This document shows positions 10,163 through 18,974 of a stretch of 64,000 nucleotides of DNA, piece after piece; positions within the stretch are counted from its first letter, which is position 1, and each line of letters starts with the position of its first letter. The translations under genes were made by a program, and so were the position numbers. The notes under the pieces were generated by a model. The model had not been told where the DNA came from. It did no database searches and worked only from the letters and a program-made list of their open reading frames with translations. Where the stretch lies: positions 18,128-82,127 of the forward strand of contig JBGALR010000003.1 of NCBI GenBank assembly GCA_044223735.1, in the 5' to 3' direction. Source of the DNA: Limisphaerales bacterium. GTDB lineage: Bacteria; Verrucomicrobiota; Verrucomicrobiia; Limisphaerales; UBA8199.

Positions 10163-10567
10163 TCAGGACGCGGGAACCGCGCGGCTCCGGCAGTCGTTGC
10201 AAAAAAACTCCCGGCCGGTAAAAAAAGCCTCCACAGACGACATTCGCCCCCCGCAACGGTCGCAAAATTCGAACGTTTCGCTGGGATCCAGGCGAATGGC
10301 GACCCAGACCGTCCCATACACTCGCCGCACGAGCCGAATCTGCTCCACGACATGGTCCTTCGCGTAATCGAACACCTTGGCCAGGCTCCGGTCTTCCGTG
10401 AAGTTCCAGTGCGCCGCCGTGCCCGCGAGATATTGTCCATCTTCGTTTACGATCAGAACCTTGATCGTTTCCGATTCATTCATCCGCGCGGAAGATAGCT
10501 CCGCCTTGGCCGCTGGGCAAACGACCTGTTCGACTGGCTCGAAACTTGAGTCAGCGTTAACCGCCAT
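10163..10567 (-). CDS. Small hypothetical protein with C-terminal CxxC...CxxC zinc ribbon
   Basis: Contains FCDRCG...FCNDC. It follows the REC-Hpt-REC gene closely on the same strand. The start is uncertain (ATG 10567 or ATG 10483). Confidence 0.6.
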   Translation of the reverse strand: MAVNADSSFEPVEQVVCPAAKAELSSARMNESETIKVLIVNEDGQYLAGTAAHWNFTEDRSLAKVFDYAKDHVVEQIRLVRRVYGTVWVAIRLDPSETFEFCDRCGGRMSSVEAFFTGREFFCNDCRSRAVPAS

Positions 10568-10588
10568 GAATATGTAACCCAATGCCGC

Positions 10589-11821
10589 TTATCGTGCGGC
10601 GCCGAGTGGTTCGGGTATCTGGCTTTTTAAAAGATGGGTGACGGCTTTTACCGCCAGTTCCATCGGGAAAACAGGTTTTGAGATAAGGTCGCCGCCGCCG
10701 CTCAGGATGCTCTTGGCGCGATTTTCAAAATCGGCATGGGCGCTCACGTAGATGACGGGTGTCCGCTGGTAACCGGGTAACAGGCGCAAGCGGCGGCAGA
10801 CTTCAAAGCCGTCCATGCTCGGCATTTCGATATCAAGCAGCACGAGGTCGTACGGCGTTTCTTCCATCATGTGGAGGGCCAGCAACGGATCCTGCGTGCA
10901 TCGCGCCTCGATTTGCGCGCGTTGCAGCCCGGCGGCCACCAGGCGATTGGAGAGGGGATCATCGTCCACCACGAGGGCCTTGGCCATAACGCCGTCGTTG
11001 GTCTCGCTTTCCACCACCCGATCAAACAGTTTCCCGATAAAGTCCACGGCCGAGGCGATGGTTCGCGATACGGAAGGACTCATGTACTGCTGTTTGTTGG
11101 TCAGTTCGAAGAGCAGGGCTTCAAAGGCGCTGGCCATTTGTGCGAGTTGATGACAACCCGCCAGACCGGCGGCGCCGGCGATGAAATGGAGTTTCCGGCT
11201 GAAGTTCTGAATCTGGATACCGCGTTCGGCTTCGCTGGAAGCACTGGTCACCGCCTGACAAAGACTGCGCAATGAGGCATACGTCGCCGGCGCATTTTCG
11301 AGCAGGCTCCGACGCGCTTTCGCTTGAAATTTGATGGCGGAGGAGTCGCTTTCCATCTCCGCTTCCACGGCCTTCAGGGCGCTCATTGACCTGAGGGCTT
11401 CCGGTGATTCCTTTGGCACCGCGAGTTGGAAACTCGAATCCACGATTGACGACTTGCCGGAAAGAATGTCATTGATGACTTCGATTAGCGACGAGGGAGT
11501 ACAACGGACTTTGAGCAGCGCCTTTTGCACGCCCAACGCCACTGCCTGTCGCGCCACGTCGTTTGCGTACGAATTGGAAAGGACCACCACGGGCAAATCA
11601 CCCAGGGTGCCGGGTCCGCGGATAAACTTCAGCACGTCCACACCGGTGAACCGCGGCATCATCAGGTCCAGCACCACGAGGTCCGGGCGCGTCTTGCGCA
11701 ATGCCTGGATTGCGGCTACGCCGTCCGAGGCCGCTTCGACCCGCACGCCCTGATTCGTCAGGCCCTCCTGGTAAAGGCGCAGTACCAACGGATCATCATC
11801 CACCAATAAAATTGTCTTCAT
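10589..11821 (-). CDS. REC-Hpt-REC phosphorelay protein
   Basis: 410 aa. First REC (LLVDDD, LDLMMP), a helical middle with Hpt-type motif KLHFIAGAAGLAG, and a second REC (LVVDDD, LDIEMP, SKP). No DNA-binding domain. Confidence 0.85.
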   Translation of the reverse strand: MKTILLVDDDPLVLRLYQEGLTNQGVRVEAASDGVAAIQALRKTRPDLVVLDLMMPRFTGVDVLKFIRGPGTLGDLPVVVLSNSYANDVARQAVALGVQKALLKVRCTPSSLIEVINDILSGKSSIVDSSFQLAVPKESPEALRSMSALKAVEAEMESDSSAIKFQAKARRSLLENAPATYASLRSLCQAVTSASSEAERGIQIQNFSRKLHFIAGAAGLAGCHQLAQMASAFEALLFELTNKQQYMSPSVSRTIASAVDFIGKLFDRVVESETNDGVMAKALVVDDDPLSNRLVAAGLQRAQIEARCTQDPLLALHMMEETPYDLVLLDIEMPSMDGFEVCRRLRLLPGYQRTPVIYVSAHADFENRAKSILSGGGDLISKPVFPMELAVKAVTHLLKSQIPEPLGAAR

Positions 11822-12009
11822 TTGCAGTCTTCGAACATCACGGTTGCTTCGTCAGAAGCAGCTTTCATCCCAAGGTAACTTTTTCTGGAAAACTAAAGCG
11901 GCGAACGTGGGGAGACCGTCAGCGAACGACGATTTCGGAGGCAAAACGCCCACGACCAGACCGGTCAGTGTCCTGTTTTGTGACGCCGCCGGCGCAAGGT
12001 GTTGTGTAG

Positions 12010-12981
12010 TTAGTCGGAATACCCGGTGGGATTCGCCTGATGCCATTGCCAGGCGGTGGTGACGATGTCTTCGAGCTTGGCAAATTTTGGACGCCAGCCC
12101 AATTCCTTAATGGCCTTGGACGCATCGGCGACGAGTTTCGGCGGGTCACCGGGGCGGCGCGGCTTTTCCACCACTGGAATTTTTTTGTCGGTGACTTTTT
12201 CGCAGGTCTGGATCACTTGCCGGACGGAATAACCATCACCGTTGCCGAGGTTGTAAAAGCCATGCTTGCCCGGGGCGAGACCCAGCATATGCGCCTGCGC
12301 GAGATCGAGGATGTGAATGTAATCGCGAATGCACGTGCCGTCCGGGGTCGGATAATCCGTGCCGAAAATCTCGCAGTGCGTCTTCTGCCCGAGCGCGACT
12401 TGGAGCACGTTGGGAATCAAATGCGTTTCGATGCGATGATGCTCGCCGAAACGCTTGCTCGCGCCCGCGGCGTTGAAATAGCGGAACCCGACAAACTCCA
12501 AATTGTAAATCTCGCCGTACCAGCGCAGGATTTTTTCAAAAATGAGCTTCGATTCACCGTAGGGATTGATCGGACGTTGCGGCAAATCCTCGGTCATCGG
12601 CACCTTGTCCGGCGGTCCAAACGTGGCGCAGGTCGAGCTGAAAACGAATTTTTTCACGCCGCACTCGACCGCGGCGTCGAGCAGCTTCAAGCCATTGACG
12701 ACGTTGTTGTGAAAATATTTCTTGGGATTCGTCATCGACTCGCCGACGAGCGCGTTGGCCGCAAAGTGCAGGATTGCCTCCGGTTGGGCAGCTTTGACGG
12801 CCTGAAGAACGTTGCCCTCCTCGTTGGGCCGCGCGGCGACCAGTTGCGCGCGCGAATCCACCGCGGAACGGTGCCCTTCCGAGAGATCGTCGTAAACCGT
12901 GACCTGATGCCCGGCGTTCAGCAATTCCTCGGTGCAAACCGACCCGATGTAACCCGCGCCGCCGGTGACAAAAACTTTCAT
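12010..12981 (-). CDS. galE: UDP-glucose 4-epimerase
   Basis: Start at ATG 12981: MKVFVTGGAGYIGS. Also HFAA, FSSTCA, YGESK, RYFNAAGA, DGTCIRDYIH and RRPGDP. Confidence 0.95.
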   Translation of the reverse strand: MKVFVTGGAGYIGSVCTEELLNAGHQVTVYDDLSEGHRSAVDSRAQLVAARPNEEGNVLQAVKAAQPEAILHFAANALVGESMTNPKKYFHNNVVNGLKLLDAAVECGVKKFVFSSTCATFGPPDKVPMTEDLPQRPINPYGESKLIFEKILRWYGEIYNLEFVGFRYFNAAGASKRFGEHHRIETHLIPNVLQVALGQKTHCEIFGTDYPTPDGTCIRDYIHILDLAQAHMLGLAPGKHGFYNLGNGDGYSVRQVIQTCEKVTDKKIPVVEKPRRPGDPPKLVADASKAIKELGWRPKFAKLEDIVTTAWQWHQANPTGYSD

Positions 12982-13156
12982 TGAGGCCACACTAAAGACG
13001 TGCTGGGAGAGACTCAACGGGAAAACACGATGGTGTCCGCCCACGCATCCCGTCAGTTTATTCCTTTGGGAACTTGGGGTTTTCAACGCATTTTTCTTGC
13101 GCTCCGGCGCGTTGTTCCATCTTCTCTGGGGATGCCCGCCACTCGCCAGCACCGCC

Positions 13157-14692
13157 ATGCTTCCGAAGCAGCTCTTTCGTAGAAAAACCCTCGACCCGGC
13201 CGTTGGCGATGCCGTCGACCCGCATCATTCACTCAAGCGTGTGCTCGGGCCGGTGCAACTGACCCTGCTCGGCGTCGGCGCGATTATCGGTGCGGGTATT
13301 TTCTCCATGGTGGGCACTGCGGCAGCCGGCGGTGGCGATCACATCGGCGCCGGACCCGCGATTACCCTTTCCTTCATCTTCGTCGCGGTGGCGTGCGGCT
13401 TTGCCGCACTGTGCTATTGCGAGTTTGCCTCCATGGTGCCGACGGCTGGTTCCGCTTACACGTACGCCTACGCGACACTCGGTGAACTGCTCGCCTGGAT
13501 CATCGGTTGGGATCTGATTCTGGAATACGCGGTCGGAAACGTGGCCGTGGCGATTTCGTGGTCCAGTTATTTCCAGGGTCTGCTTGCGACGCTGCACATA
13601 CCCATGCCCGGTTGGCTCGGACTGGATTATCGCACCGCGTTGCAGGCCGTGCACAAAGTGGCCGAAGCCAAGGCGCAGGGGATCGACGTCAGCACGCTCG
13701 GCGACGCTCTGGTCCGCAGCCAGGCGTGGGAGCAGGCGCCGCGCATTCTGGGTATTCCCATCATCTTTAATTTGCCGGCCGTGCTGATTGTCGCGCTCAT
13801 CACCTGGATTCTCGTCCGCGGCATTCGTGAAAGCGCGGGGTTCAATTCCGCCATGGTGGTTTTGAAACTCTTAATTATCGCGGTGTTTGTTGGAGTCGGT
13901 GCATTTTACATCAAGCCGGGAAATTGGGTGCCATTTTCGCCCCATGGTTTCGCGGGCATTTCCGCCGCCGGCGCGACCATCTTTTTTGCCTACATCGGTT
14001 TCGACGCCGTCTCGACGGCGGCGGAGGAAACGCATAATCCGCAGCGAAACATTCCCATCGGCATCATCGCGAGCCTCGTCGTTTGCACCCTCATATATGT
14101 TGCGGTCGCGCTCGTGCTTACGGGCATGGATAAATACGATCGCTTCGCGGGCGTGGCTGACCCTCTGGCGCGGGCCTTTTCGGCTCGGGGCATGAATTGG
14201 ACCGCTGGCGTGATTTCATTGGGCGCAGTGTTTGCCACGACCTCGGTTCTCGTGGTTTTTCAAATCGGCCAGCCGCGCATCTTCCTGGCGATGGCGCGCG
14301 ATGGCTTGTTGCCCTCCTGGGCCGCGCGCGTGCATCCGCGATTTCGCACGCCGCACGTCACCACCATAATCACCGGTGTATTCGTCGCCGGTTTCGCCGG
14401 CGTAACGAACATCGATGAGGTGGCCGACTTGTGTAACATCGGGACCTTGTTTGCCTTTGTGCTCGTCGCTGCGGGGATTCTGGTATTGCGCCGCACCGAC
14501 CCCAATCGGCCACGGCCGTTTCGCACGCCGTTTGTTCCGTTGGTGCCGTGGCTCGCCATCATTTCTTGCGGCTATCTTATGGTGGTGCAACCGACGATCA
14601 CCTGGTGGCGGTTTATCATCTGGCTGGGGATCGGCCTTGTCATCTACTGCCTTTACGGCTACCGCCGCAGCCGGTTGCGGCAAATTCGCTGA
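13157..14692 (+). CDS. APC-family amino acid permease (cationic amino acid transporter/YfnA-like)
   Basis: True start ATG 13157 (MLPKQLFRRK). Motifs GVGAIIGAGIF, GSAYTYAY, WIIGWDLILEY, FFAYIGFDAVST and RPFRTP. Confidence 0.92.
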   Translation: MLPKQLFRRKTLDPAVGDAVDPHHSLKRVLGPVQLTLLGVGAIIGAGIFSMVGTAAAGGGDHIGAGPAITLSFIFVAVACGFAALCYCEFASMVPTAGSAYTYAYATLGELLAWIIGWDLILEYAVGNVAVAISWSSYFQGLLATLHIPMPGWLGLDYRTALQAVHKVAEAKAQGIDVSTLGDALVRSQAWEQAPRILGIPIIFNLPAVLIVALITWILVRGIRESAGFNSAMVVLKLLIIAVFVGVGAFYIKPGNWVPFSPHGFAGISAAGATIFFAYIGFDAVSTAAEETHNPQRNIPIGIIASLVVCTLIYVAVALVLTGMDKYDRFAGVADPLARAFSARGMNWTAGVISLGAVFATTSVLVVFQIGQPRIFLAMARDGLLPSWAARVHPRFRTPHVTTIITGVFVAGFAGVTNIDEVADLCNIGTLFAFVLVAAGILVLRRTDPNRPRPFRTPFVPLVPWLAIISCGYLMVVQPTITWWRFIIWLGIGLVIYCLYGYRRSRLRQIR

Positions 14693-14695
14693 CCG

Positions 14696-16234
14696 ATGGC
14701 CGGCGAAAATATCCAGCGTTCCGAGGTTCCGCATGAGTTCGTGCGCGGCCTGGGCTTGCTCGACTCGACGATGATTGTCGCCGGGTCGATGATCGGTTCG
14801 GGCATCTTTATCGTCTCGGCCGATATCGCGCGGCAGGTCGGCTCGCCGGGATGGTTGCTCGTTGCCTGGCTTGTGACGGGTGTGCTCACGGTGATTGCGG
14901 CGCTCAGTTATGGCGAACTGGCCGCCATGATGCCGCACGCGGGCGGACAATACGTTTACCTGCGACAGGCCTACAATCCGCTCTGTGGATTTCTCTATGG
15001 CTGGACATTGTTCCTCGTGATCCAGACGGGGACAATCGCCGCGGTGGGTGTGGCCTTCGCGCGATTTCTGGGAGTGCTCGCTCCGAAAATCTCGCCGACG
15101 TCGTGGATTATTGAACCGATAAACATTTCCGCGAAGTACGCCCTCAGCCTCTCGACGCAGCAGGCGGTCGCCATCCTGATAATCGTGTTGCTGACCTTCA
15201 TCAACACGCGCGGTCTGCACATCGGCAAATGGATTCAAAATGTTTTCACCTCCACCAAAACCATCGCGCTCGTCGGGTTGATTTTGATCGGACTTTTTGT
15301 GCATCACAACGCCGATGCGGTGCGCGAGAATTTCGGCCATTTCTGGACGCAGCGCGGTGTCTCGCCCATTAAGCCGGATTGGTCCTTCGTGCCTGCGATA
15401 TCGGCGGCGGGGGGCGCGTTCGGCCTGTTGATTGCATTGTGCGTCGCGCAGGTCGGTTCGCTCTTTTCCTCGGATGCGTGGAACAATATCACGTTTACCG
15501 CCGGCGAAGTGAAGGATCCGCGCCGCAACATCCCGCTCTCGCTCGCGCTGGGCACGGGATTGGTCATCACGCTCTATCTCCTGGCAAATGTGGCGTATCT
15601 CTTTCTGCTGCCGCTCGACAAAATCCAGAGCGCACCCGACGACCGCGTGGCCACGGCGGCGATCGAGACCGTTTTCAGCGGTCACGGCGCCGCCATCATG
15701 GCGGTCGCGATTATGATTTCGACGTTTGGTTGCAACAACGGTCTTATCCTCGCGGGCGCGCGGGTCTATTACGCGATGGCGCGCGACGGTTTGTTTTTCA
15801 AAGCGACGGGAAAACTCAATGCGCAACGCGTTCCGGCCGTCGGCCTAATCTGGCAATGCGTCTGGACCTGTTTGCTGGTGCTGCCGCGCACGCGTCTGGG
15901 CAATACCGCGACCGGTGTCGAAACGTACGGGAATCTCTACAGCGACCTGCTCGACTACGTCGTTTTCGCCGTGTTGATTTTTTACGTGCTCACCATCGGT
16001 GGTTTGTTCCGGCTGCGCCGCACGCAGCCGGACGCCGACCGACCCTATCGCGCGTTGGGTTATCCCCTCGTGCCCGCGCTCTACATGGTGCTGGCCACCG
16101 TGATCATGGTGGTGCTGCTCTTTTATAAAACTGAGACGACGTGGCCCGGCCTCGTGATCGTGCTCGCCGGCGTGCCTGTCTATTTTTTCTGGAAGCGGCG
16201 CTATTCGGGCAGCGTTTCGGCTCCTTTTCCTTGA
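14696..16234 (+). CDS. APC-family amino acid permease (LAT/SteT-like subfamily)
   Basis: 512 aa. Motifs GSMIGSGIF, YGELAAMMPHAGGQYVYL, GEVKDPRRNIP, ARVYYAMARDGLFF and RPYRALGYP. Confidence 0.92.
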   Translation: MAGENIQRSEVPHEFVRGLGLLDSTMIVAGSMIGSGIFIVSADIARQVGSPGWLLVAWLVTGVLTVIAALSYGELAAMMPHAGGQYVYLRQAYNPLCGFLYGWTLFLVIQTGTIAAVGVAFARFLGVLAPKISPTSWIIEPINISAKYALSLSTQQAVAILIIVLLTFINTRGLHIGKWIQNVFTSTKTIALVGLILIGLFVHHNADAVRENFGHFWTQRGVSPIKPDWSFVPAISAAGGAFGLLIALCVAQVGSLFSSDAWNNITFTAGEVKDPRRNIPLSLALGTGLVITLYLLANVAYLFLLPLDKIQSAPDDRVATAAIETVFSGHGAAIMAVAIMISTFGCNNGLILAGARVYYAMARDGLFFKATGKLNAQRVPAVGLIWQCVWTCLLVLPRTRLGNTATGVETYGNLYSDLLDYVVFAVLIFYVLTIGGLFRLRRTQPDADRPYRALGYPLVPALYMVLATVIMVVLLFYKTETTWPGLVIVLAGVPVYFFWKRRYSGSVSAPFP

Positions 16235-16297
16235 CACTGAGCGACTTGTGCTCCATTAAGCCCGTCCAAGAATCACTATGTCCACCTCTGACCGACT

Positions 16298-17839
16298 ATG
16301 AATTTATTCCGCCGTAAAACCGTCACGGATTTGCAAGCCGAGGCGGTGTCTGACCAAAGTCTGCATCGGGTGTTGGGACCGATAAACCTGACCGCACTGG
16401 GAGTCGGCGCCATCATTGGAACGGGCATCTTTGTGCTCACCGGCACGGTCGCCGCCCAAAACGCCGGGCCGGCGGTCGTCATCTCGTTCATTCTCGCGGG
16501 CTTGGCTTCAATTTTCGCGGCGCTCTGCTACAGCGAATTTGCCTCTTTGGTTCCCATGGCGGGCAGCGCCTACACCTACGGTTATGCCACGCTGGGAGAA
16601 TTGATCGCCTGGATTATTGGCTGGGATTTGATCCTGGAATACGCAGTCGGCGCCATCACGGTGGCAATCGGCTGGTCGGGCTACGTCGTGTCGTTTCTGC
16701 GGGACTTGGGCATCGTGGTGCCCCCACAACTTTCCGCGGCTCGTGGAACAGAATTGATCGATATTCCGACGAGCCTCGCTGCGGTGTTGAAGATGAAGGC
16801 GGGCTGGACGACCTTGAGCGCCGGCGTGGCCGATCATATTCAAGCTGCGGGGGTTGACCCGGCCACGCTCATGCACGCCACGGCAATTTTTAATCTGCCT
16901 GCGGTGCTGATTACCTTTGTTGTGACTGTGTTGTTGATCGTCGGCATCAAGGAGTCCGCGAACTTCAACAATGTAATCGTTTGTGTGAAAGTGGCGGTGG
17001 TCTTGTTGTTCATCGCCGCAGCCGTGCATGCGATCAATCCGGACAACTGGCATCCGTTCATTCCCGCAAACACCGGAAAGGATGGGCAGTTCGGCTGGTC
17101 GGGAATAACAGCGGGAGCGGGAGTGGTGTTTTTCGCCTACATCGGTTTTGACGCAGTGAGCACTGCCGCGCAGGAAGCAAAGAACCCGCAACGGGATATG
17201 CCTATCGGCATTATCGGCTCGCTGCTATTGTGCACGATTCTTTATATCATCGTATCTGCAATCGCGACCGGCGTTGTTCCGTACGCGCAGCTTGACGTTC
17301 CGGATCCGATCGCCGTGGCGGCGGATCGCGCGGGCTTGAACTGGATGGGCAAGCTCATCAAGCTGGGAGCCATCGCTGGCCTTTCCTCTGTCATTCTCGT
17401 GCTGCTCCTTGGTCAATCGCGTGTTTTTTACAGCATGGCGCGCGATGGACTGCTGCCCCCATTTGTCAGCAAGGTGCATCCCCGTTTCCGCACGCCTTGG
17501 ATTACTTCCATCGCCACGGGACTTGGTGTGGCGATTTTTTCGGCCGTGTTCACGGTGCGTGAAGCGGGCAATCTCTGCTCTATCGGCACGCTGCTGGCGT
17601 TTGTCATCGTGTCCATCGGCGTGCTGGTCTTGCGAGTCCGCGAGCCGAATTTGCCCCGTCGTTTCAAGACGCCCTGGATCTGGTTTGTCGCGCCGATGGG
17701 CGCGCTTTCCGCCGCCTTTCTAATGGCGCGCCTGCCGTGGGCTACTTGGGAACGGTTATTGATCTGGTTCGCCATCGGCATGGTGATTTATTTCGCCTAC
17801 GGCGTCCGGCGCAGCCGCCTGGCCCAGCCCAAAAGCTAG
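16298..17839 (+). CDS. APC-family amino acid permease (YfnA-like; paralog of 13157..14692)
   Basis: 513 aa. Motifs GVGAIIGTGIF, AGSAYTYGY, WIIGWDLILEY and FFAYIGFDAVST. Confidence 0.92.
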   Translation: MNLFRRKTVTDLQAEAVSDQSLHRVLGPINLTALGVGAIIGTGIFVLTGTVAAQNAGPAVVISFILAGLASIFAALCYSEFASLVPMAGSAYTYGYATLGELIAWIIGWDLILEYAVGAITVAIGWSGYVVSFLRDLGIVVPPQLSAARGTELIDIPTSLAAVLKMKAGWTTLSAGVADHIQAAGVDPATLMHATAIFNLPAVLITFVVTVLLIVGIKESANFNNVIVCVKVAVVLLFIAAAVHAINPDNWHPFIPANTGKDGQFGWSGITAGAGVVFFAYIGFDAVSTAAQEAKNPQRDMPIGIIGSLLLCTILYIIVSAIATGVVPYAQLDVPDPIAVAADRAGLNWMGKLIKLGAIAGLSSVILVLLLGQSRVFYSMARDGLLPPFVSKVHPRFRTPWITSIATGLGVAIFSAVFTVREAGNLCSIGTLLAFVIVSIGVLVLRVREPNLPRRFKTPWIWFVAPMGALSAAFLMARLPWATWERLLIWFAIGMVIYFAYGVRRSRLAQPKS

Positions 17840-18031
17840 CAATAATTTTCCCCGCACTGCTTGCGAATCCCCGTCGGCACTGAGCCCGGGGGGCTCCTGG
17901 TCGCTGTATCTTGATCGCGTCCGGCTGTTGATTTTCCGCCTTGGTGGAGGCTTAACCCTTCCGCGATTTCCGGTCCTTCCGGGATTGCCGAAAAATCTTG
18001 CGAAATCTGCGAATTTTCGTCGTTTGACCCC

Positions 18032-18142
18032 TTGCAATGTTTTGCGTCGAAGGTAAGGTCGAGGTGTTGGTCCCGTGTGCGGGACCAAGGGGGAGCCTGA
18101 GTGCATTACCTTCCTAACTGCGCGGGACGATGATCTTTGACA
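18032..18142 (+). promoter_or_regulatory. Candidate sigma-70 promoter followed by a boxA-like antitermination motif
   Basis: TTGCAA (18032)-16 bp-TAAGGT (18054), then TGATCTTTGACA at 18131..18142, which differs from E. coli boxA TGCTCTTTAACA at 2 positions. No credible CDS follows for about 800 bp. Confidence 0.3.
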
Positions 18143-18678
18143 TATGAATTTTTGGGCGGAATCAAACCGCGCAGAGTGGGACGCAAGGCGGGAGATATTT
18201 ACTGAAGGTAAACAAGGGAATGAAGCAGGATTGGAGTTTTGAAAGCGGGGACGGGGCTTCGTTGGCTCTGCGATCTCCTGTTAAATTTTTCGTCGGAATT
18301 CAGCCTTGGGAGCATTGGACAGCATTTGTCCGACCCTCTGGTTTAGGATCGCGGGACGGTTGAAATGCAGATTGAAAAAATGAAAATTGCAAAATTGACA
18401 GATTTGGTCGGTCGCCGAGAACGCCGAGGGATCACTTTTTTCTCGCGGCACTCATCGGATCGCCCTGCCTGGGAAGGATGGCCTGGTCTAGCCACTTGTA
18501 CGGGGTGGCGGCCCACTTTGGTCGGGTGGGGAACGGGTTGGAAATGGTCTGGGAACGCGATGGAGAAGGCTTGGTTCGGCCGAGTCATGGAGTGTTACGG
18601 CATGTTGCGCTGTGTTGCGCGCGGTTGCGCATCGGTTTTTGGAGCGAGCGGGAAACGGACGCAAATGTAAATTTTACC

Positions 18679-18771
18679 AAACGAACCCAACTTTGAAAAT
18701 TCACAAAGGCATTACTGATAGTGGTTTATGACTGATTTTAAGTTTTTCGATTTGGAAAACGAACCCAACTT
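18679..18771 (+). repeat. Pair of exact 15 bp direct repeats AAACGAACCCAACTT
   Basis: Copies at 18679..18693 and 18757..18771 (78 bp period), separated by AT-rich sequence. Confidence 0.8.
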
Positions 18772-18934
18772 GGGAATGGCGAATGCAGATTTTCGAATTT
18801 CAAGTTTCGAATGCAAATGAGGCGTGATGAATATGATTGTTTTAAAGGCAATTCGCGGTAATTCGCACCTTATAGCACCTCAAATTGCGGTGGCTTGTTG
18901 GGCCGAAAGTTCCATCCGCTTTTCCATTCCGGAA

Positions 18935-18969
18935 TTGACGGTTCGGACGGCCTAACCTACCGTTCGGTA
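18935..18969 (+). promoter_or_regulatory. Sigma-70 promoter with overlapping palindromic operator (probable TetR autorepression site)
   Basis: TTGACG (18935)-17 bp-TACCGT (18958). The palindrome TACCG-TT-CGGTA (18958..18969) covers the -10 box, 5 bp before the tetR ATG, implying a near-leaderless mRNA. Confidence 0.65.
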
Positions 18970-18974
18970 AGTTT

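Noticed and set aside
12965-13158. N-terminal extensions of galE (to 13158) and of the first APC permease (from 12965)
   Set aside because: They would overlap head-to-head and lack family similarity. The real starts are ATG 12981 (-) and ATG 13157 (+).
14216-15826. Long antisense ORFs (536 aa here; also 1062..2003, 21455..22816, 44593..45843, 55726..57042)
   Set aside because: These are expected shadows of high-GC coding sequence with biased codon usage. They have no recognisable domains, and each lies opposite a well-supported gene.
18162-18215. c-di-GMP-I (GEMM) riboswitch-like string CAAACC..GAGTGGGACGCAAGGC
   Set aside because: It resembles the P2 region only. There is no clean GNRA loop, no P3 stem or tetraloop receptor downstream, and no adjacent CDS. 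An Infernal RF01051 scan would settle it.
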